Below are positions 25,423 to 34,316 of a stretch of 64,000 nt of DNA, piece after piece. Below the pieces are notes generated by a model. It was given only the letters and a program-made list of their open reading frames with translations. It did not search any database and had not been told where the DNA came from. The stretch is taken from positions 4,635 to 68,634 of the forward strand of contig JAKQNZ010000168.1 in NCBI GenBank assembly GCA_029565535.1, written 5' to 3'. Every line of letters starts with the position of its first letter. The first letter of the stretch is position 1. The DNA comes from Candidatus Cloacimonadota bacterium (GTDB lineage Bacteria; Cloacimonadota; Cloacimonadia; Cloacimonadales; Cloacimonadaceae). A program made the translations under genes and the position numbers.

Positions 25423-26403
25423 ATGAGAGTACTTAAGAACGCCAATATCCCCTTCGTCAAGATTCGCTATTATGCTTATGCAGTATCGATCATCCTCATC
25501 CTGGCTGGATTGGGTGGGCTAATCGTCAATGGCTTGAATTGGAGTATCGACTTCACCAGTGGGGTTGCCGCTAAAGTAAACCTGAAAGCCAAGGACACCA
25601 GCGTCGCCCCCCTTAAGATAGACAAACTTCGCTCAATCCTGAAAAGCAACGGCTATCCTGAGGCTGAAATCCAGTTCGTTGGCCCGGAAGAAGATGCCAC
25701 TTTCATGATCAAGATAAAGAGCAAAACTAGCGCCAGCGCAGTTTCCAGCGATACCAAGACCCAGATTTTGGAGATCATCCAAACTAATCTGTCTGATTAC
25801 ATCAAAGGCAAAGACCTGGGTAAAGATGTGATCGAAGAGATTTACGAAGTTGGGCCCAAGGTTGGAGGTGAACTTCGCACAGCAGCAGGATTTGCCATTC
25901 TCATTTCGCTTCTTTTGATGATTGTATACATCTGGTTCCGTTTCGAATTTACCTTTGGTGTGATGGCTATCGTTGCTTTGTTCCACGATGTGTTCATCAT
26001 TGTGGGTATCTTCGCCCTCACCGGCAAAGAGATCACGGTGCAGATCATTGCTGCCCTGCTGACCATAGTAGGTTATAGTATCAACGATACCATCGTGATC
26101 TTCGACCGTATCCGTGAAGACCTGAAGATATATCGCAAAGAGCCAGTAGCGGAAGTATTCAATCGTTCCATAAATCAAACGCTTACCAGAACGATTATCA
26201 CAGCCGGCACCACCTTGCTTACGGCTTTGGCTCTATATTTCTTCGGCGGCTCGGTTCTACACGATTTTGCCTTTGCCATGTGCCTGGGAATCATCTTTGG
26301 GACATATTCCTCCATCTTCATGGCCAGTAACCTAGTGATTGACATCAATGCCATTACCCACAAAGAAAAACAAACAATGCAACACCTTACCAAGAGAAAG
26401 TAA
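25423..26403 (+). CDS. secF: Protein translocase subunit SecF
   Basis: 'GYSINDTIVIFDRIREDL'. Follows secD after a 12-nt gap. Confidence 0.9.
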   Translation: MRVLKNANIPFVKIRYYAYAVSIILILAGLGGLIVNGLNWSIDFTSGVAAKVNLKAKDTSVAPLKIDKLRSILKSNGYPEAEIQFVGPEEDATFMIKIKSKTSASAVSSDTKTQILEIIQTNLSDYIKGKDLGKDVIEEIYEVGPKVGGELRTAAGFAILISLLLMIVYIWFRFEFTFGVMAIVALFHDVFIIVGIFALTGKEITVQIIAALLTIVGYSINDTIVIFDRIREDLKIYRKEPVAEVFNRSINQTLTRTIITAGTTLLTALALYFFGGSVLHDFAFAMCLGIIFGTYSSIFMASNLVIDINAITHKEKQTMQHLTKRK

Positions 26404-26430
26404 TCCTGGTTTAAACCAGCAGGTTATAAA

Positions 26431-26461
26431 AAAAGACCATCCAGCGTGATGGTCTTTTTTC
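26431..26461. terminator. Bidirectional Rho-independent terminator between secF and the convergent glycan cluster
   Basis: 'AAAAAGACCATC-CAGCGT-GATGGTCTTTTTT'. The stem is flanked by an A-run and a T-run. Confidence 0.7.
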
Positions 26462-26481
26462 TTGTTTGAAAGATTCGGACT

Positions 26482-27513
26482 TTAGAGTGGCAAAGAAACT
26501 CGCTTTCCGGTTTTAGCAGAACGGTAAATTGCCTGGATAATCTCCACCGATTTACGGCCATCGCGCCCATCTGTAGCAGGCACGTCTTTTTTCAGCAAAA
26601 CATCAACCACGTTCCGATAATAGGGATTATGCCCGAAGCCATAAACATTTGGAGGTTGGTAATTGGCATCCAGGGCAATGCGATCATCGTCGTCGTAGTC
26701 TTCAAATTCCCATTTTTCGATCTTGTTCACAGCCACGCCTCCAATCTTCACTGTGCCCTTCTCCCCTATTATGGTTATGGAACCTTCGAAGTTTTTGGGG
26801 TAGGTAAGCATAGTAACATTCAGAGTGGCCACAATACCATTGCGGAAATGAAGTATTGCGCAACCCGTATCTTCGGCTTCGATGCGGCGCGCCATGGTTG
26901 CTGTGTAGGCCATAACGCTATCCACGTTGCCCAGCAGCCAATAAATGGCATCCACATAATGGCTGGCCTGGTTCATAAAGGCTCCGCCGTCAAACTCCCA
27001 GGTGCCACGCCATTTCTCGGCGTCGTAATAGCTTTGCGGTCTCTGCCAGAAAACATTGGACTGAGCCAGATAGATCCGTCCGAAACGGTTTTTATCGATT
27101 GCTTTCTTCAACAACTGCATTGTGGCATTCAGCCGGTTTTGTTTAACCACGAAGAGCTGAACTCCATTTTGGTCGCAGGCCTGAATCAGCCGGTCTGCAG
27201 CCTCAATGTTTGTAGCCATTGGCTTTTCGGTAAGCACATGGACCCGATGGTTGGCCACATCCACACCCATTTGGGGATGCATTCCACTGGGCGAACAAAT
27301 GGAAACGATATCCAGTTTTTCATTCTCAAGCATCTCCAGATAGTTTGTATAAACCTGCTTTACTCCATAGGCTTCCTGCACATGCTTCAGTTTTTCCGGG
27401 ATGATATCAGCAGCAGCTACAAACTCCGCTTCGGGAATCTGTGATACGGCGTCAAAATGGTTTTTTGAGATCCTTCCACAACCGATGATTCCCAGCTTTA
27501 CTACTTTACTCAT
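26482..27513 (-). CDS. Gfo/Idh/MocA-family NAD(P)-dependent sugar oxidoreductase
   Basis: 'LGIIGCGRISKNHFDA' Rossmann N-terminus and 'EKPMA'. Sits in the sugar-modification cluster. Confidence 0.8.
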   Translation of the reverse strand: MSKVVKLGIIGCGRISKNHFDAVSQIPEAEFVAAADIIPEKLKHVQEAYGVKQVYTNYLEMLENEKLDIVSICSPSGMHPQMGVDVANHRVHVLTEKPMATNIEAADRLIQACDQNGVQLFVVKQNRLNATMQLLKKAIDKNRFGRIYLAQSNVFWQRPQSYYDAEKWRGTWEFDGGAFMNQASHYVDAIYWLLGNVDSVMAYTATMARRIEAEDTGCAILHFRNGIVATLNVTMLTYPKNFEGSITIIGEKGTVKIGGVAVNKIEKWEFEDYDDDDRIALDANYQPPNVYGFGHNPYYRNVVDVLLKKDVPATDGRDGRKSVEIIQAIYRSAKTGKRVSLPL

Positions 27514-27516
27514 CTT

Positions 27517-28518
27517 TTATCTCCTATCCTTATTTGTTGATAAATACCATTGGCACATTTCCGCCACGCTGGTTTCGATACTTTGTTGCTGGACAAACCC
27601 CGCCTTACGGATTTTGTCTGCGGTAAAGTAAGTGGCTGTGCCAAACTTCTTCATACGGTCACTATTCACAGGTAAATCTATCCCCAAAAGCCTGGACGGA
27701 ATATCAAAGAGCTTACCGATTCCAATCGCCACCTTAAGTGGTATTTGCACTCTTGGCATCCTGAATCCCGGGGTTTGTGTAATAATCCGCATCAATTCAT
27801 GCAGGGTGATGTATGGTTCATCGATGCAATTGTAGTGCTCATAGCCGGGTTTCAAGCCGTTCAGAGCAAAGCGGATCATGTCGACCACCGTGCTCAAAGA
27901 TACAATGCTCTTCACATGGCTTCCATCCCCAACGGTAAGATAGGGACGCTTGTGTAGCATCGCTATCAGATTGTATACATTGGCAAAATTATGAGGTCCA
28001 TAGATTACCGTTGGACGTAACACGGTTAGAGCCCTTGACGCGAATTTTGCCTGCCATTCCCTGGACAGCAGTTCCCCTGCCAACTTGGATTCGCCATAAG
28101 GATGATCGGGATTATAGGGAGTATTCTCATCGGCCTTTCCTTCTGGATGGCCAAACACGCTCACCGTGCTGATATAGATCAGTTTGTCTATCTTCCGCTG
28201 CTCCATAAAGGCCAAAAGGCTCTTTGTGCCATATTTGTTGTGGCTGAAGTATTCACCCCGGCTAATGCCAAAATCGTGTTTGGATGCTGCACAATGGATC
28301 ACCACATCCAGCGAGGCATTATGTTTTAGTTCAAAACTACCTGCCAAACTTTGCAGATCCTTCATCACTCTGATATCGCCTTGCAGAGTCTCGGGGTGAG
28401 GCCTGGCATCGCAATGATTACTGATATCCAGGCCAACAACGGTATGTCCGTCAGTCTCCAGGTTCCACATCAGTTTTGAGCCTACAAAACCGTTGCTGCC
28501 CGTAATGAGAATATTCAT
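27517..28518 (-). CDS. NAD-dependent epimerase/dehydratase (SDR superfamily)
   Basis: 'ILITGSNGFVGS' (GxxGxxG) and 'YGESKLAGE' (YxxxK). Confidence 0.8.
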   Translation of the reverse strand: MNILITGSNGFVGSKLMWNLETDGHTVVGLDISNHCDARPHPETLQGDIRVMKDLQSLAGSFELKHNASLDVVIHCAASKHDFGISRGEYFSHNKYGTKSLLAFMEQRKIDKLIYISTVSVFGHPEGKADENTPYNPDHPYGESKLAGELLSREWQAKFASRALTVLRPTVIYGPHNFANVYNLIAMLHKRPYLTVGDGSHVKSIVSLSTVVDMIRFALNGLKPGYEHYNCIDEPYITLHELMRIITQTPGFRMPRVQIPLKVAIGIGKLFDIPSRLLGIDLPVNSDRMKKFGTATYFTADKIRKAGFVQQQSIETSVAEMCQWYLSTNKDRR

Positions 28519-28531
28519 TTATAATCCTTTC

Positions 28532-29683
28532 TTAGCGAATGGGCTTCCAAACGCCAAAATTCTTGTTTGTTAAAAAATTCCTAAAAGCTACGGCTGATGA
28601 CCACACCATAGCCACGAAGTATCCCGGCAAACCAGAAAATGGCAAATGCCGGCCTTTGCTTTGAGCGATGAGACCTGCTGCACCCAGCAGATATGCTGCT
28701 ATCTGGATCAGGCAAAGATACCGATAGAACCAATTCCCGGCCAAAAGACCTGAACTTAGCAAAGCCGTCAACACAAAAACAAAGATTAACCAGCGAAGCA
28801 GCTTATGTGAAAACAGCAGAAAGCTGATGGCAGGAAATCGAAAAGGATTCAGCAGCAGAGCGTTGCGCCGCATGGCAAACCACTCCTGAGAGATAATCCT
28901 GATCTTACGTGAAATCTCCTGACTAGCTTTTTCAGTTTCTTCTTCAAAAACCATTGCCCGGGGTTCATATAAGGCCAGATAGCCTTGTTTCAGCACTTCT
29001 AGAGTACGCTCGAAATCATCCACGCTTTGCGGATCGACCTTGCCAAACAGCTCTTTTTTTATCAAGAAGATAGACCCATTAGCGCCGATTAGGCTTTTAA
29101 AGCGAGAATCCATCTCTTTTAATAAACTCTCATAACGCCAATACAATCCTTCACCTGAGCTTCTATCAGAGTTTCGCACCAAACGCAATTCTCCCGATAC
29201 CATCCCCACTTTTGGTTGGGAGAACATCCGGCTGACCAATAGCTTTACACTTCCAGGATCAAAGATCGAATTTGCATCTGTAGATAGCACGTATTCACAA
29301 TTCAAGAGTGGCAACACATAATTATGAGCGCTTTGCTTTCCGGCGCGAGGTTTCTGGATTACCAGGCTGATGTTTTGCCCTGTGTAGCGTTTTACGATTT
29401 CATTGGTTGCGTCGGTTGAATCGTCGGAGATCACAATCATATCGATCTTATCTTGAGGATAATCGATGCTTATAAATGATTTCAGTTTGTCCTCAATCAC
29501 CTTTTCCTCATTGAAAGCTGGACATAGCACCGTAATTTTCGGGTATTCTGCAATCTCTCCTGTCGGAACGTGTTTTTTCTTGAACAGCTTGTTCCACAGA
29601 TAAAGCAAAGCTCCATAGCCTACCAAGTGATAGGCCAGAAGTCCTGCAGAAAGCCAAAACAACCACAATAGCAGATGATTCAT
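28532..29683 (-). CDS. Membrane-anchored family-2 glycosyltransferase
   Basis: 'ITVLCPAFNEEKVI', 'VISDDSTD', 'TDANSIF'. TM helices at both termini. Confidence 0.75.
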   Translation of the reverse strand: MNHLLLWLFWLSAGLLAYHLVGYGALLYLWNKLFKKKHVPTGEIAEYPKITVLCPAFNEEKVIEDKLKSFISIDYPQDKIDMIVISDDSTDATNEIVKRYTGQNISLVIQKPRAGKQSAHNYVLPLLNCEYVLSTDANSIFDPGSVKLLVSRMFSQPKVGMVSGELRLVRNSDRSSGEGLYWRYESLLKEMDSRFKSLIGANGSIFLIKKELFGKVDPQSVDDFERTLEVLKQGYLALYEPRAMVFEEETEKASQEISRKIRIISQEWFAMRRNALLLNPFRFPAISFLLFSHKLLRWLIFVFVLTALLSSGLLAGNWFYRYLCLIQIAAYLLGAAGLIAQSKGRHLPFSGLPGYFVAMVWSSAVAFRNFLTNKNFGVWKPIR

Positions 29684-29687
29684 CAGT

Positions 29688-30803
29688 TCATTTCCTTTGT
29701 AAAATTTCGTATAAACGCAGTAATGTTTCTTCCTGGGTCTCCCAGTTGTACTTTTCCCTGATCAGTTGCTTGCCCCTCTTCCCCATGACTTCCAGACCCT
29801 CAGGATCAGACAGCAGGTTCTGAATCGCCTGGGCTATCTCGAAGGGATTTTCTGGGTTCACGCAAAGCCCACAGCCGGAATCGAAGATTAACTGGCGGTA
29901 AACGGGAAAATCGGAAACCAGAACCGCACAGCCTGCTGCCATGTATTCAAAAACCTTGGTGGACAAGCTATTAATATGGTTTGGCTCCGGCATAAACAAC
30001 ATTAGGCCCACCTGACAGGAAGCCATCAGCGAAATTGCCTCCTGTCTTGCCAGGTAGCCGTGTTCCACCACCTTATCCCAGGCAGGCATAGCAACTAGCT
30101 CATCCCGATAATCCTCTGGTTCGTATCCACCTGCCAAATGCACGGTCACATCCAGATGCTGAATTGACTGAAGCAGCATGCCTAACCCTCTTTTTCGGGT
30201 AATATTGCCCACATAACATAAACTCTGTTGTTGCCTGGGAGTATTAGTAGCCAGGAAGGACGACCATTCGCTTAGCAGGGGATAATTACAGATGGTATAT
30301 GTAGCTTTGTTCAGGCGTCTAAAACGCTGGGCATGATAATCCGTAACCGTTATTACTGCAGCCAACCGCCGGGCGGCAAAATTCTCCAAATGCCTTATCC
30401 CAAAAGAAGCAAGCCGGCGTAACCAAGGCGATAAATAATCCTTGTAGAGAATATCGTCGGGATAGCTTTCATGAGCGTCGTAGATTACTTTTGCTTTTGA
30501 ACAAAGCTGGATTAGCAAGCCCACAGGCAGTAGCTCCGGATCGTGAAACTGACAGATAATGGCCTTTGAGCTACAGGCTTTCCAGAAAAGCTTTACAGGC
30601 ACAAACAGCATACGGTTCAGACGTCCCTGCGGCTTACCCAGATCATGAACCACTACCCCCTGTTTTACTTCATCTCCTTTCCCATCCGCTACTAAAAGAT
30701 GAACCTTGTAGCCAGCTTTGGCCAGAGATATACACTGTTTATGGAAAACTCGCACATCGCTCCTGACGTGAACGCTGCTAAGCTGATATACTATACTTGG
30801 CAC
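29688..30803 (-). CDS. Family-4 (GT-B) glycosyltransferase
   Basis: The C-terminal half 'STKVFEYMAAGCAVLVSD' matches the GT4 E-x7-E region. Confidence 0.7.
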   Translation of the reverse strand: MPSIVYQLSSVHVRSDVRVFHKQCISLAKAGYKVHLLVADGKGDEVKQGVVVHDLGKPQGRLNRMLFVPVKLFWKACSSKAIICQFHDPELLPVGLLIQLCSKAKVIYDAHESYPDDILYKDYLSPWLRRLASFGIRHLENFAARRLAAVITVTDYHAQRFRRLNKATYTICNYPLLSEWSSFLATNTPRQQQSLCYVGNITRKRGLGMLLQSIQHLDVTVHLAGGYEPEDYRDELVAMPAWDKVVEHGYLARQEAISLMASCQVGLMLFMPEPNHINSLSTKVFEYMAAGCAVLVSDFPVYRQLIFDSGCGLCVNPENPFEIAQAIQNLLSDPEGLEVMGKRGKQLIREKYNWETQEETLLRLYEILQRK

Positions 30804-31954
30804 AAGACACTCCGGTAAACCTGGATGGTTTGTTCAGCCACGCCGTGAATGGCAAAGCGCGCCTCGGCCAAAGCCCTGATTCGCTCTGGATTATAATGGT
30901 CCCAATTCAATATGAGAGTTTTGATCCCTTCGGCCAGGGCAAGCGAGTCGCGCGGTTTTACCAAAATACCCGTTTCAGCATCAATAATGCTTTCTGCGCC
31001 ACCGTTGAAGGTGCTAACTACAGGAATTCCGCTGGCCAGGGCTTCTACAAGAACTATGCCAAAGCTTTCCATAAAGCTGGGATGAACCATGGCATCGTGT
31101 TCACTTAGTAGTAGCGCCACCTGCTCTGCAGTCTTTTCACCCAGGAAAGCGACGTCTTTCTCCAGATTGAGCTTATTGCACAGCTTCTTAAGCTCATCGA
31201 GGTATGTTCCAGCCCCCACTATGGAAAGCTGAAGCCGGAAATTCTGGTTTTTTAGCAGGGAAAGCGCTTCGATGAGCACCTGCACACCTTTATGGGGAAT
31301 CAGATAGCCAATATAGATCAGTTTGCATGGCTGTGCTGCTTTGGGATGCAGGATGAAACGGGTAAAATCCACACCATTGGGGATCACGCAGATGTTCTTT
31401 AGCCTGGGTGCAACACTATGGATAATTCCAGCAGTATGCTCGGAAACACAGATTACTTTGTTTGCCTGTTTATAAGCCAGAGTCATTTCTTTTCGTAGAT
31501 ATCCTATCTTCAGAAAGGCAGCCAAGTCAGCCTGATGCTCGGTGATAACCAAGGGAATCTTGTGCACTTTAGAAAGTATGGTAGCAGCGATCCCATCCGG
31601 AGAAGCGAAGTTGGCATGAATCAAATCATACTTCCAGTTGGCATATATCTTCTTCAGCAAGCCCCGCATAAGGATATACTCCAGGAAAGGCACAATAGCT
31701 CTCAGAATATTCCGGGGAAGCAGTATAAAGCGGGGATGAAACACTTCGATTGTGCGTTTCCCAGCCTGTAGCTTTTCTACCAGGGGAATCCTGGTACCGG
31801 GTTGGCCGCGTCTGGATTCCAGCAAAAACGGGATTGGCGCAATAACCTTAACTTCCACCTCAGCAGGATAGGCAGCCAGGTTTTTCAGGATAAAATTCCC
31901 TTTATTGGGCTCTACAGAATTGGGGAAAATGCTATTTACGAATAAGACTTTCAT
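30791..31954 (-). CDS. Family-4 (GT-B) glycosyltransferase
   Basis: 'ESFGIVLVEALASGIPVVST' is the GT4 E-x7-E motif. Confidence 0.8.
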   Translation of the reverse strand: MKVLFVNSIFPNSVEPNKGNFILKNLAAYPAEVEVKVIAPIPFLLESRRGQPGTRIPLVEKLQAGKRTIEVFHPRFILLPRNILRAIVPFLEYILMRGLLKKIYANWKYDLIHANFASPDGIAATILSKVHKIPLVITEHQADLAAFLKIGYLRKEMTLAYKQANKVICVSEHTAGIIHSVAPRLKNICVIPNGVDFTRFILHPKAAQPCKLIYIGYLIPHKGVQVLIEALSLLKNQNFRLQLSIVGAGTYLDELKKLCNKLNLEKDVAFLGEKTAEQVALLLSEHDAMVHPSFMESFGIVLVEALASGIPVVSTFNGGAESIIDAETGILVKPRDSLALAEGIKTLILNWDHYNPERIRALAEARFAIHGVAEQTIQVYRSVLCQV

Positions 31955-33288
31955 CTTCCAAGCCTCCCCCTCAACTGCGCAAAAGATTCCTCAACGGTCT
32001 TTTTCAATTGCCAGAAATCCTCTTTCCTTAACAGCAACTGGCTGGGTTTCTGGTCTTTGTGTTTGCCGAAATACCATATCAGCATCAGAAGCAACCATAG
32101 AGGATAGACCAAGGAAGAGCTTACAGCGGCTCCATACAGGCCAAATTGTGGAATAAACAGCTTGGCCAGGATGACTTTAATCACGGTGGCAATGGCTGGG
32201 GCGATGAAGGAAAAAGCGGGAAAACCCTTGCTCCATAAGAAAGTATTGAAAAGCCCGCCCAAAGTAAGGCCAATGATGGCAGGGATCAGAAGCATAAAGG
32301 CATACCAGGCTTCCTGGTATTGCACTCCATACAGAAGTCGGATTACGGGTAAGCCGATTGCAGCCATGCCCGCAATGCATACAAAATCAAAAATGAGCAT
32401 CACCAAAAATACTTTGCGGAGTATTTGCAATGACTCACGATCGTTCTGAAGCGCAGAAAATTTATTAAGTAAAACCACTCCGATCATTCCCGCCATGATG
32501 TTTATCATATCCAGAAAGTTGATCGCGAGTGAATATACACCCAGTTGTGTAAAACCTCCTAGCGCTTTTAGGATGATAATATCCAGCCTGGTCATCAATA
32601 TCACCAGATACTCAGACAGGAATGCCCTGAATCCCAACGAATAAAGCCGGACTACCAATAACCTATCCCATATAAACCTGAAGTTCAGAGTACGCAGCAG
32701 CCTGAAATGATAGACCAACACTATGCAAAGTATCAATGCCACATTCAGGAGGAAGCTGTTTTGCATCCGGCTTTTAACTCCAAAGAGCCAAAATAGAGGA
32801 AGCAAAAACACCATGAAAGTCAAAGTTGGAAGAGTATTCAGGGTAAAATAATCATGTATGCGATTGATTCCCATGAACAGGAATTTCTGACGGCTGAACA
32901 TTTGAAAACAGACTATGTAAACAGCCAAAGCCATAAGTAGTAACTGAGGATAGCGATATCCTTGCCTTCCTAATAACAGGTCTCCGGCAAAATAAAACAC
33001 CCCCAAAGCCAGGAACAAACTGGTCACAAAATACACTATCACATAGCTGTAAAGAGCTCGAGGGTCTGCTTTATCGTGCTGCAAACTGAACATCAAGCTC
33101 TTGGAAACCCCCAGATCAAGTAGCATCCAAGCCACAGAATTTACCGTGAAAAGATATACGTATTGTCCCCTCAATTCCGGCCCCAGATAACGTGCCAGAA
33201 ACCAATTCGTGACAAAGGAAGCCAGCATGGTGATCACCTGACTGCCTGTAGTAAAGGCAATGTTTCGCTTCAGATTTATCTGGCTCAA
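31951..33288 (-). CDS. wzx: Wzx-like oligosaccharide flippase (polysaccharide biosynthesis, MOP superfamily)
   Basis: 445 aa with at least 12 predicted TM helices. First gene of the glycan cluster, overlapping the next gene by 4 nt. Confidence 0.65.
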   Translation of the reverse strand: MSQINLKRNIAFTTGSQVITMLASFVTNWFLARYLGPELRGQYVYLFTVNSVAWMLLDLGVSKSLMFSLQHDKADPRALYSYVIVYFVTSLFLALGVFYFAGDLLLGRQGYRYPQLLLMALAVYIVCFQMFSRQKFLFMGINRIHDYFTLNTLPTLTFMVFLLPLFWLFGVKSRMQNSFLLNVALILCIVLVYHFRLLRTLNFRFIWDRLLVVRLYSLGFRAFLSEYLVILMTRLDIIILKALGGFTQLGVYSLAINFLDMINIMAGMIGVVLLNKFSALQNDRESLQILRKVFLVMLIFDFVCIAGMAAIGLPVIRLLYGVQYQEAWYAFMLLIPAIIGLTLGGLFNTFLWSKGFPAFSFIAPAIATVIKVILAKLFIPQFGLYGAAVSSSLVYPLWLLLMLIWYFGKHKDQKPSQLLLRKEDFWQLKKTVEESFAQLRGRLGR

Positions 33289-33380
33289 GTTCTCTTACTC
33301 AATCGAAAAGTCGGCTCGTTGTCAGCAATCCTGATGGAAAATGCCAGAACCCTCATTATCTGCTTATATAATGGCATAGA

Positions 33381-34304
33381 TTATATAGCCTGATTGGAAA
33401 ACCCGGATTTATTGGGGTTAGAGGGATAGATTAATGCGATCAGCCAGGATCTGTTCAAGCTGAATATCACCAGAGTAATGCCAATAAGTTGAAGGAGAGT
33501 AAGGGTTTCGCCAAGAATGAAGAATGCCAGCAACACCGCCACAGCAGGTTTCAAGAAAAAATATCCGGATGCTTTGGCTGCACTGATCCGTTTCATGCCC
33601 TCAAAGTAAAGTAAATAGGCCAGCCCTGTGATGATTAGCCCCAGATAGGCCATGAAGCCCAAATTACTCAAGCTGGGCTTGAACAGCAATTCTTTATCAA
33701 TAGCCAAACTGAATATACTCAACAGCGCTCCACCACTAATAAAGGATAAACTATTGGTTAGCAGATTCCCATAACGTAGAACCGCGCTCTTTGTCAGTAC
33801 AGTGTAAAGCCCAAAGATCGCAGAAGCCATCACGGCAAAACCAATGCCCAGTGGCAAGTTGCGATAGTTATCGCTGCCTATTTCTCCTTCGCCCAGAACA
33901 ATCACAAGCAATCCTCCAAACCCCAAAAGCAAACTGAAGAGCTGAGCTTTATCCAGCTTTTCCTTGAGCAACAGCAGAGCAAATACACTTACAAAAAGAG
34001 GATTCATACTAACGATTACGGCTGAGAGTGATGCCTTGCCATAGAAGATCGATAATTGTAAAAGCAGCATACTTACGCATACGTTCAGGATTCCCAAACT
34101 TGCGATGCGCAGTATGCTGCTTTTATCTAATTTATGGTTCTTTCTAGCTGCTTGCCTGAGGGCAAATGGCATCAGAGCCAGGCCACCGATCACGAATCTC
34201 CAGGCGGTAAGAGCAAAGGGATTTATCCCTGCTCCCACCAGCTTTCCCGTAATCTCCAGGCTGCTCCATATCAGTATTGCCAGCAGGCAGAACAGATGGT
34301 TCAA
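33381..34304 (-). CDS. EamA/DMT-family transporter
   Basis: 10-TM pattern with two EamA-like halves. Confidence 0.75.
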   Translation of the reverse strand: MNHLFCLLAILIWSSLEITGKLVGAGINPFALTAWRFVIGGLALMPFALRQAARKNHKLDKSSILRIASLGILNVCVSMLLLQLSIFYGKASLSAVIVSMNPLFVSVFALLLLKEKLDKAQLFSLLLGFGGLLVIVLGEGEIGSDNYRNLPLGIGFAVMASAIFGLYTVLTKSAVLRYGNLLTNSLSFISGGALLSIFSLAIDKELLFKPSLSNLGFMAYLGLIITGLAYLLYFEGMKRISAAKASGYFFLKPAVAVLLAFFILGETLTLLQLIGITLVIFSLNRSWLIALIYPSNPNKSGFSNQAI

Positions 34305-34316
34305 AAGACTTTATAA

